21,489 nt of DNA from assembly GCA_047631715.1 (NCBI GenBank), contig JBLICC010000012.1, positions 1 through 21,489 of the forward strand, given 5' to 3'. Under the pieces are notes generated by a model that was not told where the DNA came from, did no database searches, and worked only from the letters and a program-made list of their open reading frames with translations. This stretch comes from Alteromonas naphthalenivorans. Its GTDB lineage: Bacteria > Babelota > Babeliae > Babelales > CAIQNR01. Shown here in pieces: positions 7,630 through 15,513 of the stretch. Each line of letters starts with the position of its first letter. Position 1 is the stretch's first letter. The position numbers were made by a program, and so were the translations under genes.

Positions 7630-8299
7630 AAGTTTTGTATTTTAGTGTCTTTAAATACATAGGCAAGAGAGTATCGTGTATATTTTCTTTTTGTTCCCAT
7701 TGCGTAAATGCTTGATTAATAATCGATTCAAGAGAACAGTAATGTGGCAATGGATCTGAAATTTGTGCCCAGTCACCAAATACTTCTTTGAGTTCTTTTT
7801 CAAATAATGGCACGCCGTTACCTACAAAAGTAATGGGCGTATTAGGGTAATCTTTATGTAAAGATTCAAATAAAATTTGGTTATTTTCCCATCCAGTGGC
7901 AATAATTTTATTATTTTCTTTGATGCCAAAATATAAATCTTTAGCAAATGCATTTAATAAAACAACGGTAACAGATGTTGTATGTTGTTGTTCTTGCAAA
8001 AACGTTTTGATGCCATCAACGCCAACCAATGGAAGTTTTTGTGCAAAGTTAAGACCATTTGCTGTAGTAATGATAACTCGCAATGTAGTAAATGGCGCAG
8101 GACCTTGATTAAGGCCAATAAAGTTTAAGTCTGCCCATTCAAGATTATGATTTGCAAGAAGCGTGTTCATTTGAGTAACAAGGTTCTTACTAGCATTATG
8201 CTTGGTATCGGTACTGGTTTCTAGAATAGAACTATCTTTACACAGAGCTATCGAAACATTGTTATAATCAGATTGTAAAACAAGAGAATGAGTAATCAT
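7622..8299 (-). CDS. tsaB: tRNA threonylcarbamoyladenosine biosynthesis protein TsaB
   Basis: SIAL, H..S..L, DL..I....GP..FT.LR.....A.GL......PLVGV, C-terminal P.YL. Confidence 0.85.
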   Translation of the reverse strand: MITHSLVLQSDYNNVSIALCKDSSILETSTDTKHNASKNLVTQMNTLLANHNLEWADLNFIGLNQGPAPFTTLRVIITTANGLNFAQKLPLVGVDGIKTFLQEQQHTTSVTVVLLNAFAKDLYFGIKENNKIIATGWENNQILFESLHKDYPNTPITFVGNGVPLFEKELKEVFGDWAQISDPLPHYCSLESIINQAFTQWEQKENIHDTLLPMYLKTLKYKTFM

Positions 8300-8302
8300 A
8301 CA

Positions 8303-8482
8303 CTATTTTTTATTCTTACATTTTTGTTGTTGATAAAAAATTCCAAACGCATCAGTCTCAAGTGATTTCTCTTTTTTAGGAATCACTTTTCCACAGTTTA
8401 AACATTTCCAACCATCAAAATTTAAAAAATGGTCAAAAAATGATTGTAAAACCATGAGGCCCGAACACTTCTTACACTTCAT
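8303..8482 (-). CDS. Small zinc-ribbon protein (59 aa)
   Basis: GAGGAGAGG RBS before ATG 8482; MKCKKCSGLM...GWKCLNCG (two CxxC knuckles). Confidence 0.8.
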   Translation of the reverse strand: MKCKKCSGLMVLQSFFDHFLNFDGWKCLNCGKVIPKKEKSLETDAFGIFYQQQKCKNKK

Positions 8483-8521
8483 TCGCCTCTCCTCAACATT
8501 ACATCCACACAATTTTTTATT

Positions 8522-8530
8522 ATTGTAGCA
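8522..8530 (-). promoter_or_regulatory. Putative extended -10 element for the zinc-ribbon gene and tsaB
   Basis: Minus strand TGcTACAAT, about 40 nt upstream of ATG 8482. Confidence 0.4.
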
Positions 8531-8557
8531 TAAATTGCATAAGATACTAAGAGTTAT

Positions 8558-8956
8558 TTATAACTGAAGAAAACGCAAGCGTGCAAGATAGGCATCTAAA
8601 ATTACAGCAGCAGCTTTTGCATGAATATGATATTTATCACCTTTTTTGCCTACAGTTTGTGCTTGTTTACTAGAAAGTCGTTCATCCCAAAAAACCCATT
8701 CAACTGAGTCGAATTTTTTTTCTAAAACTTCTTTTTGTTTTACAATTTTTTTTGTTTGTTCGCTTTCTGTTCCTCTCAAAGTTTGAGGGTAGCCAACAAC
8801 AACTGTAGAAATAGGTTCATCTTTTAAAAGTGTAGTAAGAAACGATTCTAAATCTGCAAGAGCAACGGTTGTATGAGGACGAGCAAGAATGCGAGAGATA
8901 TCAGTCATAGCGATACCCACCCACTGGTCACCTAAGTCTAAAGCGACGATTTTCAT
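8558..8956 (-). CDS. ruvX: YqgF/RuvX family nuclease (pre-16S rRNA nuclease / putative resolvase)
   Basis: IVALDLG...VGIA.TD, VVVGYP, WDERLSS..A, AA.VIL..YL. Confidence 0.93.
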   Translation of the reverse strand: MKIVALDLGDQWVGIAMTDISRILARPHTTVALADLESFLTTLLKDEPISTVVVGYPQTLRGTESEQTKKIVKQKEVLEKKFDSVEWVFWDERLSSKQAQTVGKKGDKYHIHAKAAAVILDAYLARLRFLQL

Positions 8957-9035
8957 AGAGACATCCTTTGATAAAATCCGTATACTAATAGTATTAATAT
9001 AATCTCATAGTTTTTATTTAAAGGAAAGGAGTTTT

Positions 9036-10376
9036 ATGACACACAGCTTCCTAACCATGGTTCGTGATATGGTTTGGTCTATCCCCTTCTTAAGCTTTAT
9101 TGTGGCAGTTGGATGTATAGTTACGGTAGCCCTTAACTTTATTCAGGTGCGCAATTTTTGTAAAAGTTGGAGGCTAGTATTAGGTGGTCCGGATGAAAAT
9201 CCAAAAACGGGCGCAGGGCGTAAAGGAGATATGTCACCGTTTCAAGCATTTTTAAATGCATTGAGTGTTAGTGTTGGTAACGGTTCTTTAGCCGGTATTG
9301 GTGCTGCTATTTATTTGGGTGGTCCAGGAGTAGCATTCTGGATGTTTTTAATTGGTTTTTTATGTATGGCTATTAGATTTGCCGAAGTATTTTTAGGTGT
9401 TTCTTTTGCTCTTATGAATAGTAATAAAGGTAGTTCTTTATTGGGAGGTCCTTTTTTATATATTAAAGAGTTACCATTTGGTTCTATTTTGGCCACACTT
9501 TATGCCGCTTCATGCTTGTTCTATGGTGTGGTAAGTGGTTGTGCTATGCAATGTAATTCGATTAGTACATCAGTACATGATGTAACAGGGATTTCTACTT
9601 ATATAGTAGGTGTTATTTTGTTTGCTCTTGTATTATACATAATGTTTGGTGGAGCTAAGCGTATTGTTATAGTTTCAGAAGCAATGGTTCCCATTAAAGT
9701 TGGTTTGTTTTTTTCTACTATGATTATTGTATTGGCATATCATTGGGCCAATCTTATACCGTCAATTGTATTGATTTGTAAAAGTGCTTTTAATCCTTCT
9801 GCTGCAGCGGGTGCTGTTGTTGGGTTAACAGTACAACGACTTTTTGCACTATCAGCAAGACGTACTATTAATGCAACTGAGGCTGGTCTTGGAACTGCTG
9901 CAATCTTTTATTCAAATACTGCAAGTGACAAGCCTATTAATGATGGAACAACAAGTATGTTGAGTACTTTTATTGGTAATAACATTGTTAATACCATGGT
10001 TGCTCTTGCTATTGTTGCAAGTGGTGTCTGGGATAAAGGGCATGATGGTGCGGTTGCGGTTGTAGCAGCGTATCAAACAGTATTTGGTGCTCCTGGTGGT
10101 TGGATTGTTGCAATTCTTTCGATTACTTTTGGTATAGGTGTATTTGTAGCTTATGGATATGTAACTCGTCAATGTTGGTTATATTTAACTAATGATCGTT
10201 ATGAAAGTGTATTTTGTTTCATATTTGCTTCTATTGCTTTTTTTGGATCTATTGCCCAAATTCAGATGGTCTGGACTATTGTTGATCTTGCAGTAGCTTT
10301 CTGTTTGCTTTTGAATTTAACTGCAATTTTATATTTTATTCCCTATATGCGTGCCCATGTTTTGGGTAACGAATAA
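9036..10376 (+). CDS. Alanine/glycine:cation symporter (AGCS) family transporter, divergent
   Basis: Multi-TM protein with SPFQA, AI..GGPG..FWM, GGP..YI, Q.NSI, GG.KRI, EAGLG. Confidence 0.9.
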   Translation: MTHSFLTMVRDMVWSIPFLSFIVAVGCIVTVALNFIQVRNFCKSWRLVLGGPDENPKTGAGRKGDMSPFQAFLNALSVSVGNGSLAGIGAAIYLGGPGVAFWMFLIGFLCMAIRFAEVFLGVSFALMNSNKGSSLLGGPFLYIKELPFGSILATLYAASCLFYGVVSGCAMQCNSISTSVHDVTGISTYIVGVILFALVLYIMFGGAKRIVIVSEAMVPIKVGLFFSTMIIVLAYHWANLIPSIVLICKSAFNPSAAAGAVVGLTVQRLFALSARRTINATEAGLGTAAIFYSNTASDKPINDGTTSMLSTFIGNNIVNTMVALAIVASGVWDKGHDGAVAVVAAYQTVFGAPGGWIVAILSITFGIGVFVAYGYVTRQCWLYLTNDRYESVFCFIFASIAFFGSIAQIQMVWTIVDLAVAFCLLLNLTAILYFIPYMRAHVLGNE

Positions 10377-10379
10377 ATT

Positions 10380-11834
10380 ATGAAGATGCCATCTGTTTTT
10401 CCGGTGGCTTCTCATACGGATAATGTTGGCCCCGGATCTACATTTGTAGCCATCAGGGGCCTTAATTTTGATGGACATAACTACATTAATGTGGCTATCA
10501 AAAACGGTGCTACAACAATTGTAGTTGAGGATAGTAAGGTGTCCCTCGATACAACTTTCGCTTTGCTCAAGCCACTCGGGATGAACCAAATACATTCTGT
10601 ATCTAAAAAAATAAATTTTACTTGTTCATCCCGAGTGGCCACTGAAAGTGGTTATATCGAGGGATCAAATAAAAAAGAAATAACTATAATTAAAGTAAAA
10701 AACACTAGAAAATATCTTGCTCAATTGAGTGCGCAAGCAGCAGGTAACCCTGCAAAAAAACTTAAACTTCTTGGGGTAACTGGTACCAAAGGCAAAACTA
10801 CCTCTATCTATACTATGCACTACCTGCTAAAACAGGTGGGTTATAAAGTTGCACTTTTAAGTACTATCAAAAATAGTATTCTTGATGAGGATATTCCTGC
10901 AACCATGACCACGGCACAACCCGATTATTTACACCAATTTTTTAAGTTATGTATAGAGGCTGATGTTGAGTATGTACTTATGGAATTGGCTGCACAGGCT
11001 ACAACGTTTCATAGGTTAGAGACACTTGAGTTTGATGGACTTATCTTTACTAATCTTGATCGCGAGCATGCAGAATTGTATCCAAGCATGCAAAGTTATT
11101 TTGCAGCAAAAGCAGCTATTTTTGATTATGCAAAGCAAGATTGTGTAATGATTAGTAATGTTGACGATGAGTATGGTAAAAAGCTTGTAGAGAGCCATAA
11201 GCAGGTTGTGCAATTAAGTGTCAAAGATTGGAAAGAGGGACAGATTTGTATTGAAGAACAAGTTTTTACGTATTCACATTTACCGGGAAAATTTAATGCC
11301 TATAATCTTAAGGGTGTTTTATTATTGCTTATAAAATTGGGTATAAAGATAGATTCTAATATTGGCGCATTACCCGCAATACCAGGGCGATTACAGAAGG
11401 TGGATTTGCCTAATGGTGCACATGCGTATATAGATTATGCTCATACGCCAGGGTCGTTCAAAAGTTTGTTTTCTACCGTACGAACATGGACAAATAATCT
11501 TATTATTGTGTTTGGTGCAGGTGGTAGTAAAGATCATCAAAAGCGTGCATTAATGGGTGCTATAGCAGAACAGTTTGCCGATACTCTTATTCTTACTGAT
11601 GATAATCCACGGACAGAAGATCCTAAAAATATTATAAAAAATATTCTTGTAGGCATTACGAATCAAAATAAAATTATTGTTGAGCACGATCGTCAAAAGG
11701 CTATTGAGCATGCTTATAGTATATCTAAAAAGGATTCTATTATCTTGCTTTTGGGCAAAGGCCCAGATGAGTATCAAATTATAGGGACAAAAAAAATACC
11801 CTTCAGCGAGAAGGGTATTTTAGAAAGTTTATAA
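10380..11834 (+). CDS. murE: UDP-MurNAc-tripeptide synthetase MurE carrying a 41-aa palindrome-derived segment
   Basis: FVAIRG..FDGH.YI, GVTGT.GKTT, FTNL..EH, GKFN.YN, PGR, IDYAHTP, VFGAGG, DNPR (usually meso-DAP specificity), GKG. Confidence 0.95.
   Translation: MKMPSVFPVASHTDNVGPGSTFVAIRGLNFDGHNYINVAIKNGATTIVVEDSKVSLDTTFALLKPLGMNQIHSVSKKINFTCSSRVATESGYIEGSNKKEITIIKVKNTRKYLAQLSAQAAGNPAKKLKLLGVTGTKGKTTSIYTMHYLLKQVGYKVALLSTIKNSILDEDIPATMTTAQPDYLHQFFKLCIEADVEYVLMELAAQATTFHRLETLEFDGLIFTNLDREHAELYPSMQSYFAAKAAIFDYAKQDCVMISNVDDEYGKKLVESHKQVVQLSVKDWKEGQICIEEQVFTYSHLPGKFNAYNLKGVLLLLIKLGIKIDSNIGALPAIPGRLQKVDLPNGAHAYIDYAHTPGSFKSLFSTVRTWTNNLIIVFGAGGSKDHQKRALMGAIAEQFADTLILTDDNPRTEDPKNIIKNILVGITNQNKIIVEHDRQKAIEHAYSISKKDSIILLLGKGPDEYQIIGTKKIPFSEKGILESL
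10542..10664. repeat. REP-like palindromic doublet, intragenic in-frame copy (unit B - spacer - unit A)
   Basis: Outer IR 10542-10555 / 10651-10664 (13/14), inner IR GCCACTCGGGATGAAC 10571-10586 / 10624-10639 (16/16) with a 37-nt loop; 123 nt = MurE codons 55-95. Confidence 0.9.
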
Positions 11835-11837
11835 AGA

Positions 11838-12263
11838 CTAGTTTCCATCTTTTACAGTTTCAATAGCTTCTTGTGCACTTTCTGCGCCGATGACTACAAA
11901 ATATACAGTAAGTTGGCCTAGTTTGAGAGTTACTATGTAGAAAGGGTTTTTAAGTGTACATGTTTGAGGATCTTTGCATATAATACGTATTACTTCCTCA
12001 TTATTTTTTTGTATCATCTGTGCAAGCATGTTGCGTTCAAATATATTGCTATGTTCTTTTTTTAATATTTTATTAACTTTGAAAATTGCAGTTTTTTCAT
12101 TTAAAAAAGATTCATTCATAATATAAAGTACGTATCTAAGTAATGAATTTTTATCGCATTTAGCCCATTCAGATGGATGATATGCTGCAAATACTGGTTT
12201 ATCGTTAGCTGCTGCACCAGTGAAAGAAAAGAATAAGAGAGTCGATAAAATAAAATTTTTCAT
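11838..12263 (-). CDS. Secreted hypothetical protein (probable paralogue of 12294-12872)
   Basis: 141 aa, AAGGA RBS, signal peptide MKNFILSTLLFFSFTGAAA. Confidence 0.8.
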   Translation of the reverse strand: MKNFILSTLLFFSFTGAAANDKPVFAAYHPSEWAKCDKNSLLRYVLYIMNESFLNEKTAIFKVNKILKKEHSNIFERNMLAQMIQKNNEEVIRIICKDPQTCTLKNPFYIVTLKLGQLTVYFVVIGAESAQEAIETVKDGN

Positions 12264-12293
12264 AAAGATCCTTTAGTGTGTTTAAAAACTATT

Positions 12294-12872
12294 TTAATTT
12301 GTTGCTGTGAGTACTGCAAGTTGTGCGTAGAGTCTCCAAGACATTTTGCCAACAAATGTATTATAGGTCTTAGTGCTATCAAGAGCTGACTTTTTAGCTT
12401 CATTTTTGCAATCTGTTCCAAAGATAATAAGATACTTTTCATTTTGTTTTACAATAACAAAATGGTGATGAATGAGTGCGTAGAAAGCTTTTTTAACTAA
12501 TGACGAGTCGTAATAGTATACTTTGTTGCTGATAGGATCTATTTGTGCAAGAGCGTTTTTAAAATCTTTTTCTTTATCTTTATCTAAAATAATAACAGGT
12601 AGTTTAAAGATATTGGCATGAGGTACAATTTCTATAAATTGTGAATCTTTTTTAAGATCGTTAATTTTTTGTTGAAATTCTGAACTCAATGAAATCCATT
12701 CTGGAGAAATTTTACCATGCTTAAGGTAAATAGCTTTTGATTTTCTGAGTGTCTCAAAGAATGCTTCTATAGCTGGTTTATCGGTTTTTTCATTAATAGA
12801 AAATGTTTGTTGTGTGTGTATACATGCTGAAACTGTAGTTAATAATAAAAGTGCTAAAAATCTTTTTTTCAT
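12294..12872 (-). CDS. Secreted or lipoprotein hypothetical protein
   Basis: 192 aa, GAGGA RBS, MKKRFLALLLLTTVSAC with a lipobox-like VSAC. Confidence 0.8.
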   Translation of the reverse strand: MKKRFLALLLLTTVSACIHTQQTFSINEKTDKPAIEAFFETLRKSKAIYLKHGKISPEWISLSSEFQQKINDLKKDSQFIEIVPHANIFKLPVIILDKDKEKDFKNALAQIDPISNKVYYYDSSLVKKAFYALIHHHFVIVKQNEKYLIIFGTDCKNEAKKSALDSTKTYNTFVGKMSWRLYAQLAVLTATN

Positions 12873-13058
12873 AATTAAATCCTCTCTGAATTGTCTATCT
12901 CAATACGCTTTAAGGAGGAATTGAGTGTCTCAGAAAAAGGGACTCTTGTAAAGCCCAATAGCCTTTTCTGGAGCATTTTAAGCCCATTTTGACGGCTTTT
13001 CTTTACAAAAAAATCTGGTTGGGTACCCTATTTGAACTTAGGTTTTTAACTTTAATCA

Positions 13059-13081
13059 CGCCATAGCTGGTAGCGAAGGCG
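13059..13081. repeat. Isolated GC-rich imperfect hairpin, possibly a second REP-like family or leader element
   Basis: CGCC-ATA-GCT-GGT-AGC-GAA-GGCG in AT-rich DNA 25 nt upstream of hppA; single copy in the window. Confidence 0.35.
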
Positions 13082-13106
13082 CATATTTTTTATACGGAGT
13101 ATATAT

Positions 13107-15077
13107 ATGATCGATTTATATCAGTCGTTTTTTGCGGTTTCTGCCGTTGGGGCCCTTATTGTAGGTGCCTTGTTTAGTAAAATTAATCAAGAAAAGGTTA
13201 ATAATGTAAAAGCGGAAAAAATAGCCGCTGCAATTTCTGATGGAGCTATGACGTTTCTTCAAGAAGAATATAAAATTATTATGATCGTAGTTGCTGTTGT
13301 TGCAACCTTAATCGGTTACTCTGTAGGTTCTACACCCGCAATACTATTTGTTGCAGGATCTCTTATTTCTATGATTACTGGTTTTATTGGTATGCGTGCT
13401 GCAACTTCTGCAAACGTTCGTACTACTATGGCTGCAAAGCGTAGTGGTGAACATGCTGCATTTATGATTTCGTTCTTTGGTGGCGGAGTTATGGGATTTG
13501 CAGTTGCAACATTTGGACTTCTTGGTCTTACTGTTGTAATGCATCAATATGGTACACATGCTGATCTTGTTCTTTATCTAACCTGTTTTAGTTTAGGTGC
13601 AAGTTTGGTTGCATTTTTTGCACGTATTGGCGGTGGTATTTTTACTAAATCAGCTGATGTTGGTGCTGATTTGGTTGGTAAAGTAGAAGCAGGGATTCCA
13701 GAAGATGATCCTCGTAACCCAGCAGTTATTGCAGATAACGTGGGTGATTGTGTTGGTGATACTGCAGGTATGGGTGCTGATATTTATGAATCATATGTTG
13801 GTGCAATGGTATCTTCTATTATTTTAGCACTTACACTTCATTCAGATAATCCATTGTATGTAACATTACCTATTGTGCTTGCTGCAATTGGATTAATGAG
13901 TTCTGCTATTGGTTTGGGTTCAAACTTACTTATAACATCAAAGCCAGATGCAATGTTGCGTAATGCTACTTATGTTGCAATTGCTGCTTATTTGTTTGGT
14001 GCTTATAAATATCTAGAAATTAATAATTTACCTATTCACTTGTTCTATGCAATGGTTATTGGTTGTGTATCTGGTGCGGTAATTGGAATGATTACTGAAT
14101 ATTATACAGGTGGTAAACCAGTTGAAAGACTTGCTCAAAGTTGTGAATCTGGTGCGGCAACAAATATTATTTATGGTTTATCTCTTGGGATGGAGTCTGT
14201 TGCTCTTCCTGTTATTGTTTTAGCTTTTTCAGTTCTAGGAGCATTTGTTTACGGTGGTGGTGATCTTTACGGAGTTTCACTCGCTGCAGTTTCTATGTTG
14301 GCAACTGTTGGTATTACAATGACTGTTGATGCATACGGACCAATTGCAGATAATGCTGGTGGTATTGCAGAAATGGCAGGATTCGGAAAACCGGTTCGTG
14401 ATATTACAGATAAACTTGATGCGCTTGGAAACACAACAGCGGCAATCGGAAAAGGTTTTGCGATTGGTTCAGCTTTGATGACTGCGCTTGCAATGTTTGC
14501 TGCATATGCAAAAGCAGCTCACATTGAATCTTTAAACGTTCTTGATCCATGGGTGCTTACCGGATTGTTTATTGGTGGTATGATGCCATTTGTTATTTCT
14601 GCACTTACTATGCGTTCTGTTGGTAAGGCTGCATGGGAAATGGTACAAGAAGTTCGTCGTCAATTTAAAACTATTAAAGGTTTGATGGAAGGCAAAGCAG
14701 AGCCTGATTACAAGCGTTGTATTGCGATTAGTACTCGTTCTGCATTGCGAGAAATGATTCTTCCTGGTGTTCTTACTGTTTCGTTACCCGTTGTAGTTAA
14801 ATTTACATTAGGTGTTTATGCACTAGGTGGTGTACTTGTTGGTGCAACATTAACTGGAGTAACGCTTGCGCTTATGATGGCAAATGGTGGTGGTGCATGG
14901 GATAATGCTAAAAAGTATATCGAAGCAGGTGCTCATGGCGGTAAAGGTTCTGATGCACATAAAGCAGCAGTTATTGGAGACACCGTTGGTGATCCATTTA
15001 AAGATACTTCTGGTCCAGCACTTAATATTTTGATTAAGTTGATGGCTGTTATTTCTTTGCTTCTTGTTTCTATCTAA
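13107..15077 (+). CDS. hppA: Membrane-integral pyrophosphatase, K+-dependent, probably Na+-translocating
   Basis: [84 protein letters not shown]. Confidence 0.97.
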   Translation: MIDLYQSFFAVSAVGALIVGALFSKINQEKVNNVKAEKIAAAISDGAMTFLQEEYKIIMIVVAVVATLIGYSVGSTPAILFVAGSLISMITGFIGMRAATSANVRTTMAAKRSGEHAAFMISFFGGGVMGFAVATFGLLGLTVVMHQYGTHADLVLYLTCFSLGASLVAFFARIGGGIFTKSADVGADLVGKVEAGIPEDDPRNPAVIADNVGDCVGDTAGMGADIYESYVGAMVSSIILALTLHSDNPLYVTLPIVLAAIGLMSSAIGLGSNLLITSKPDAMLRNATYVAIAAYLFGAYKYLEINNLPIHLFYAMVIGCVSGAVIGMITEYYTGGKPVERLAQSCESGAATNIIYGLSLGMESVALPVIVLAFSVLGAFVYGGGDLYGVSLAAVSMLATVGITMTVDAYGPIADNAGGIAEMAGFGKPVRDITDKLDALGNTTAAIGKGFAIGSALMTALAMFAAYAKAAHIESLNVLDPWVLTGLFIGGMMPFVISALTMRSVGKAAWEMVQEVRRQFKTIKGLMEGKAEPDYKRCIAISTRSALREMILPGVLTVSLPVVVKFTLGVYALGGVLVGATLTGVTLALMMANGGGAWDNAKKYIEAGAHGGKGSDAHKAAVIGDTVGDPFKDTSGPALNILIKLMAVISLLLVSI

Positions 15078-15099
15078 GCACGATACAGCTAAAAAGTTT

Positions 15100-15123
15100 G
15101 GGCTCCTTTGGGGGCCCTTTTTT
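15100..15123 (+). terminator. Intrinsic terminator after hppA
   Basis: GGGCTCC-TTTG-GGGGCCC followed by TTTTTT. Confidence 0.85.
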
Positions 15124-15179
15124 ATTGATCATTTTTTGTATCTTTTTCTATAGTAAAGGTTTGCAAGAAAAGGGAGTGC

Positions 15180-15491
15180 ATGAAAAAGATATTATTTTGC
15201 TTATTGTTAGTTCCATGTTTTTCTGTTCCTGCTTGTGATAAAGCATCTTTAAATCCGGATGAGTTAGAAGAAATCCTTAATGCTTTAGATTTAATTGTAG
15301 AAGAGTTACCTGTTTTTCTTGAGCAGTATGAATTGGCTTCAAACTTATCTTGGAAAGAATGGAAAAAAAAGTATTGGCTTTTAGCTCCTATTGGTGCGGG
15401 GGTATTAACGCTTAAGTTTTATTTTAGGTTTAATGCTATCTTTTATAACCATCAAAATAGTACACTGCCCAAATCTATTGGTATGGGGTAA
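15180..15491 (+). CDS. Small hypothetical protein with signal peptide and a C-terminal hydrophobic segment
   Basis: 103 aa, AGGGAG RBS; possible promoter TTGATC-18-TATAGT at 15125-15154. Confidence 0.75.
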   Translation: MKKILFCLLLVPCFSVPACDKASLNPDELEEILNALDLIVEELPVFLEQYELASNLSWKEWKKKYWLLAPIGAGVLTLKFYFRFNAIFYNHQNSTLPKSIGMG

Positions 15492-15513
15492 ATGGTAGAG
15501 ATAAGGAGATGGC

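Noticed and set aside
10329..10595. 88-aa antisense ORF overlapping the murE palindrome as a possible mobilising protein
   Set aside because: Antisense to murE and the symporter, with no transposase or nuclease motif; likely a shadow ORF.
10542..10664. Intein or self-splicing intron in murE
   Set aside because: Only 41 codons, no His-Asn intein end and no group I/II core; the palindromic repeat explains it.
12899..12973. Weak hairpins (CTCAAT/ATTGAG and CAGAAAAAGG/CCTTTTCTG) as a riboswitch for hppA
   Set aside because: Short or bulged stems, no riboswitch consensus I recognise, and they lie upstream of the likely hppA promoter.
436..13029. Lineage-specific 16-bp promoter spacing (436-463, 1901-1928, 13002-13029)
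   Set aside because: Other candidates have 17- and 18-bp spacers, the sample is tiny and the promoters are unverified.
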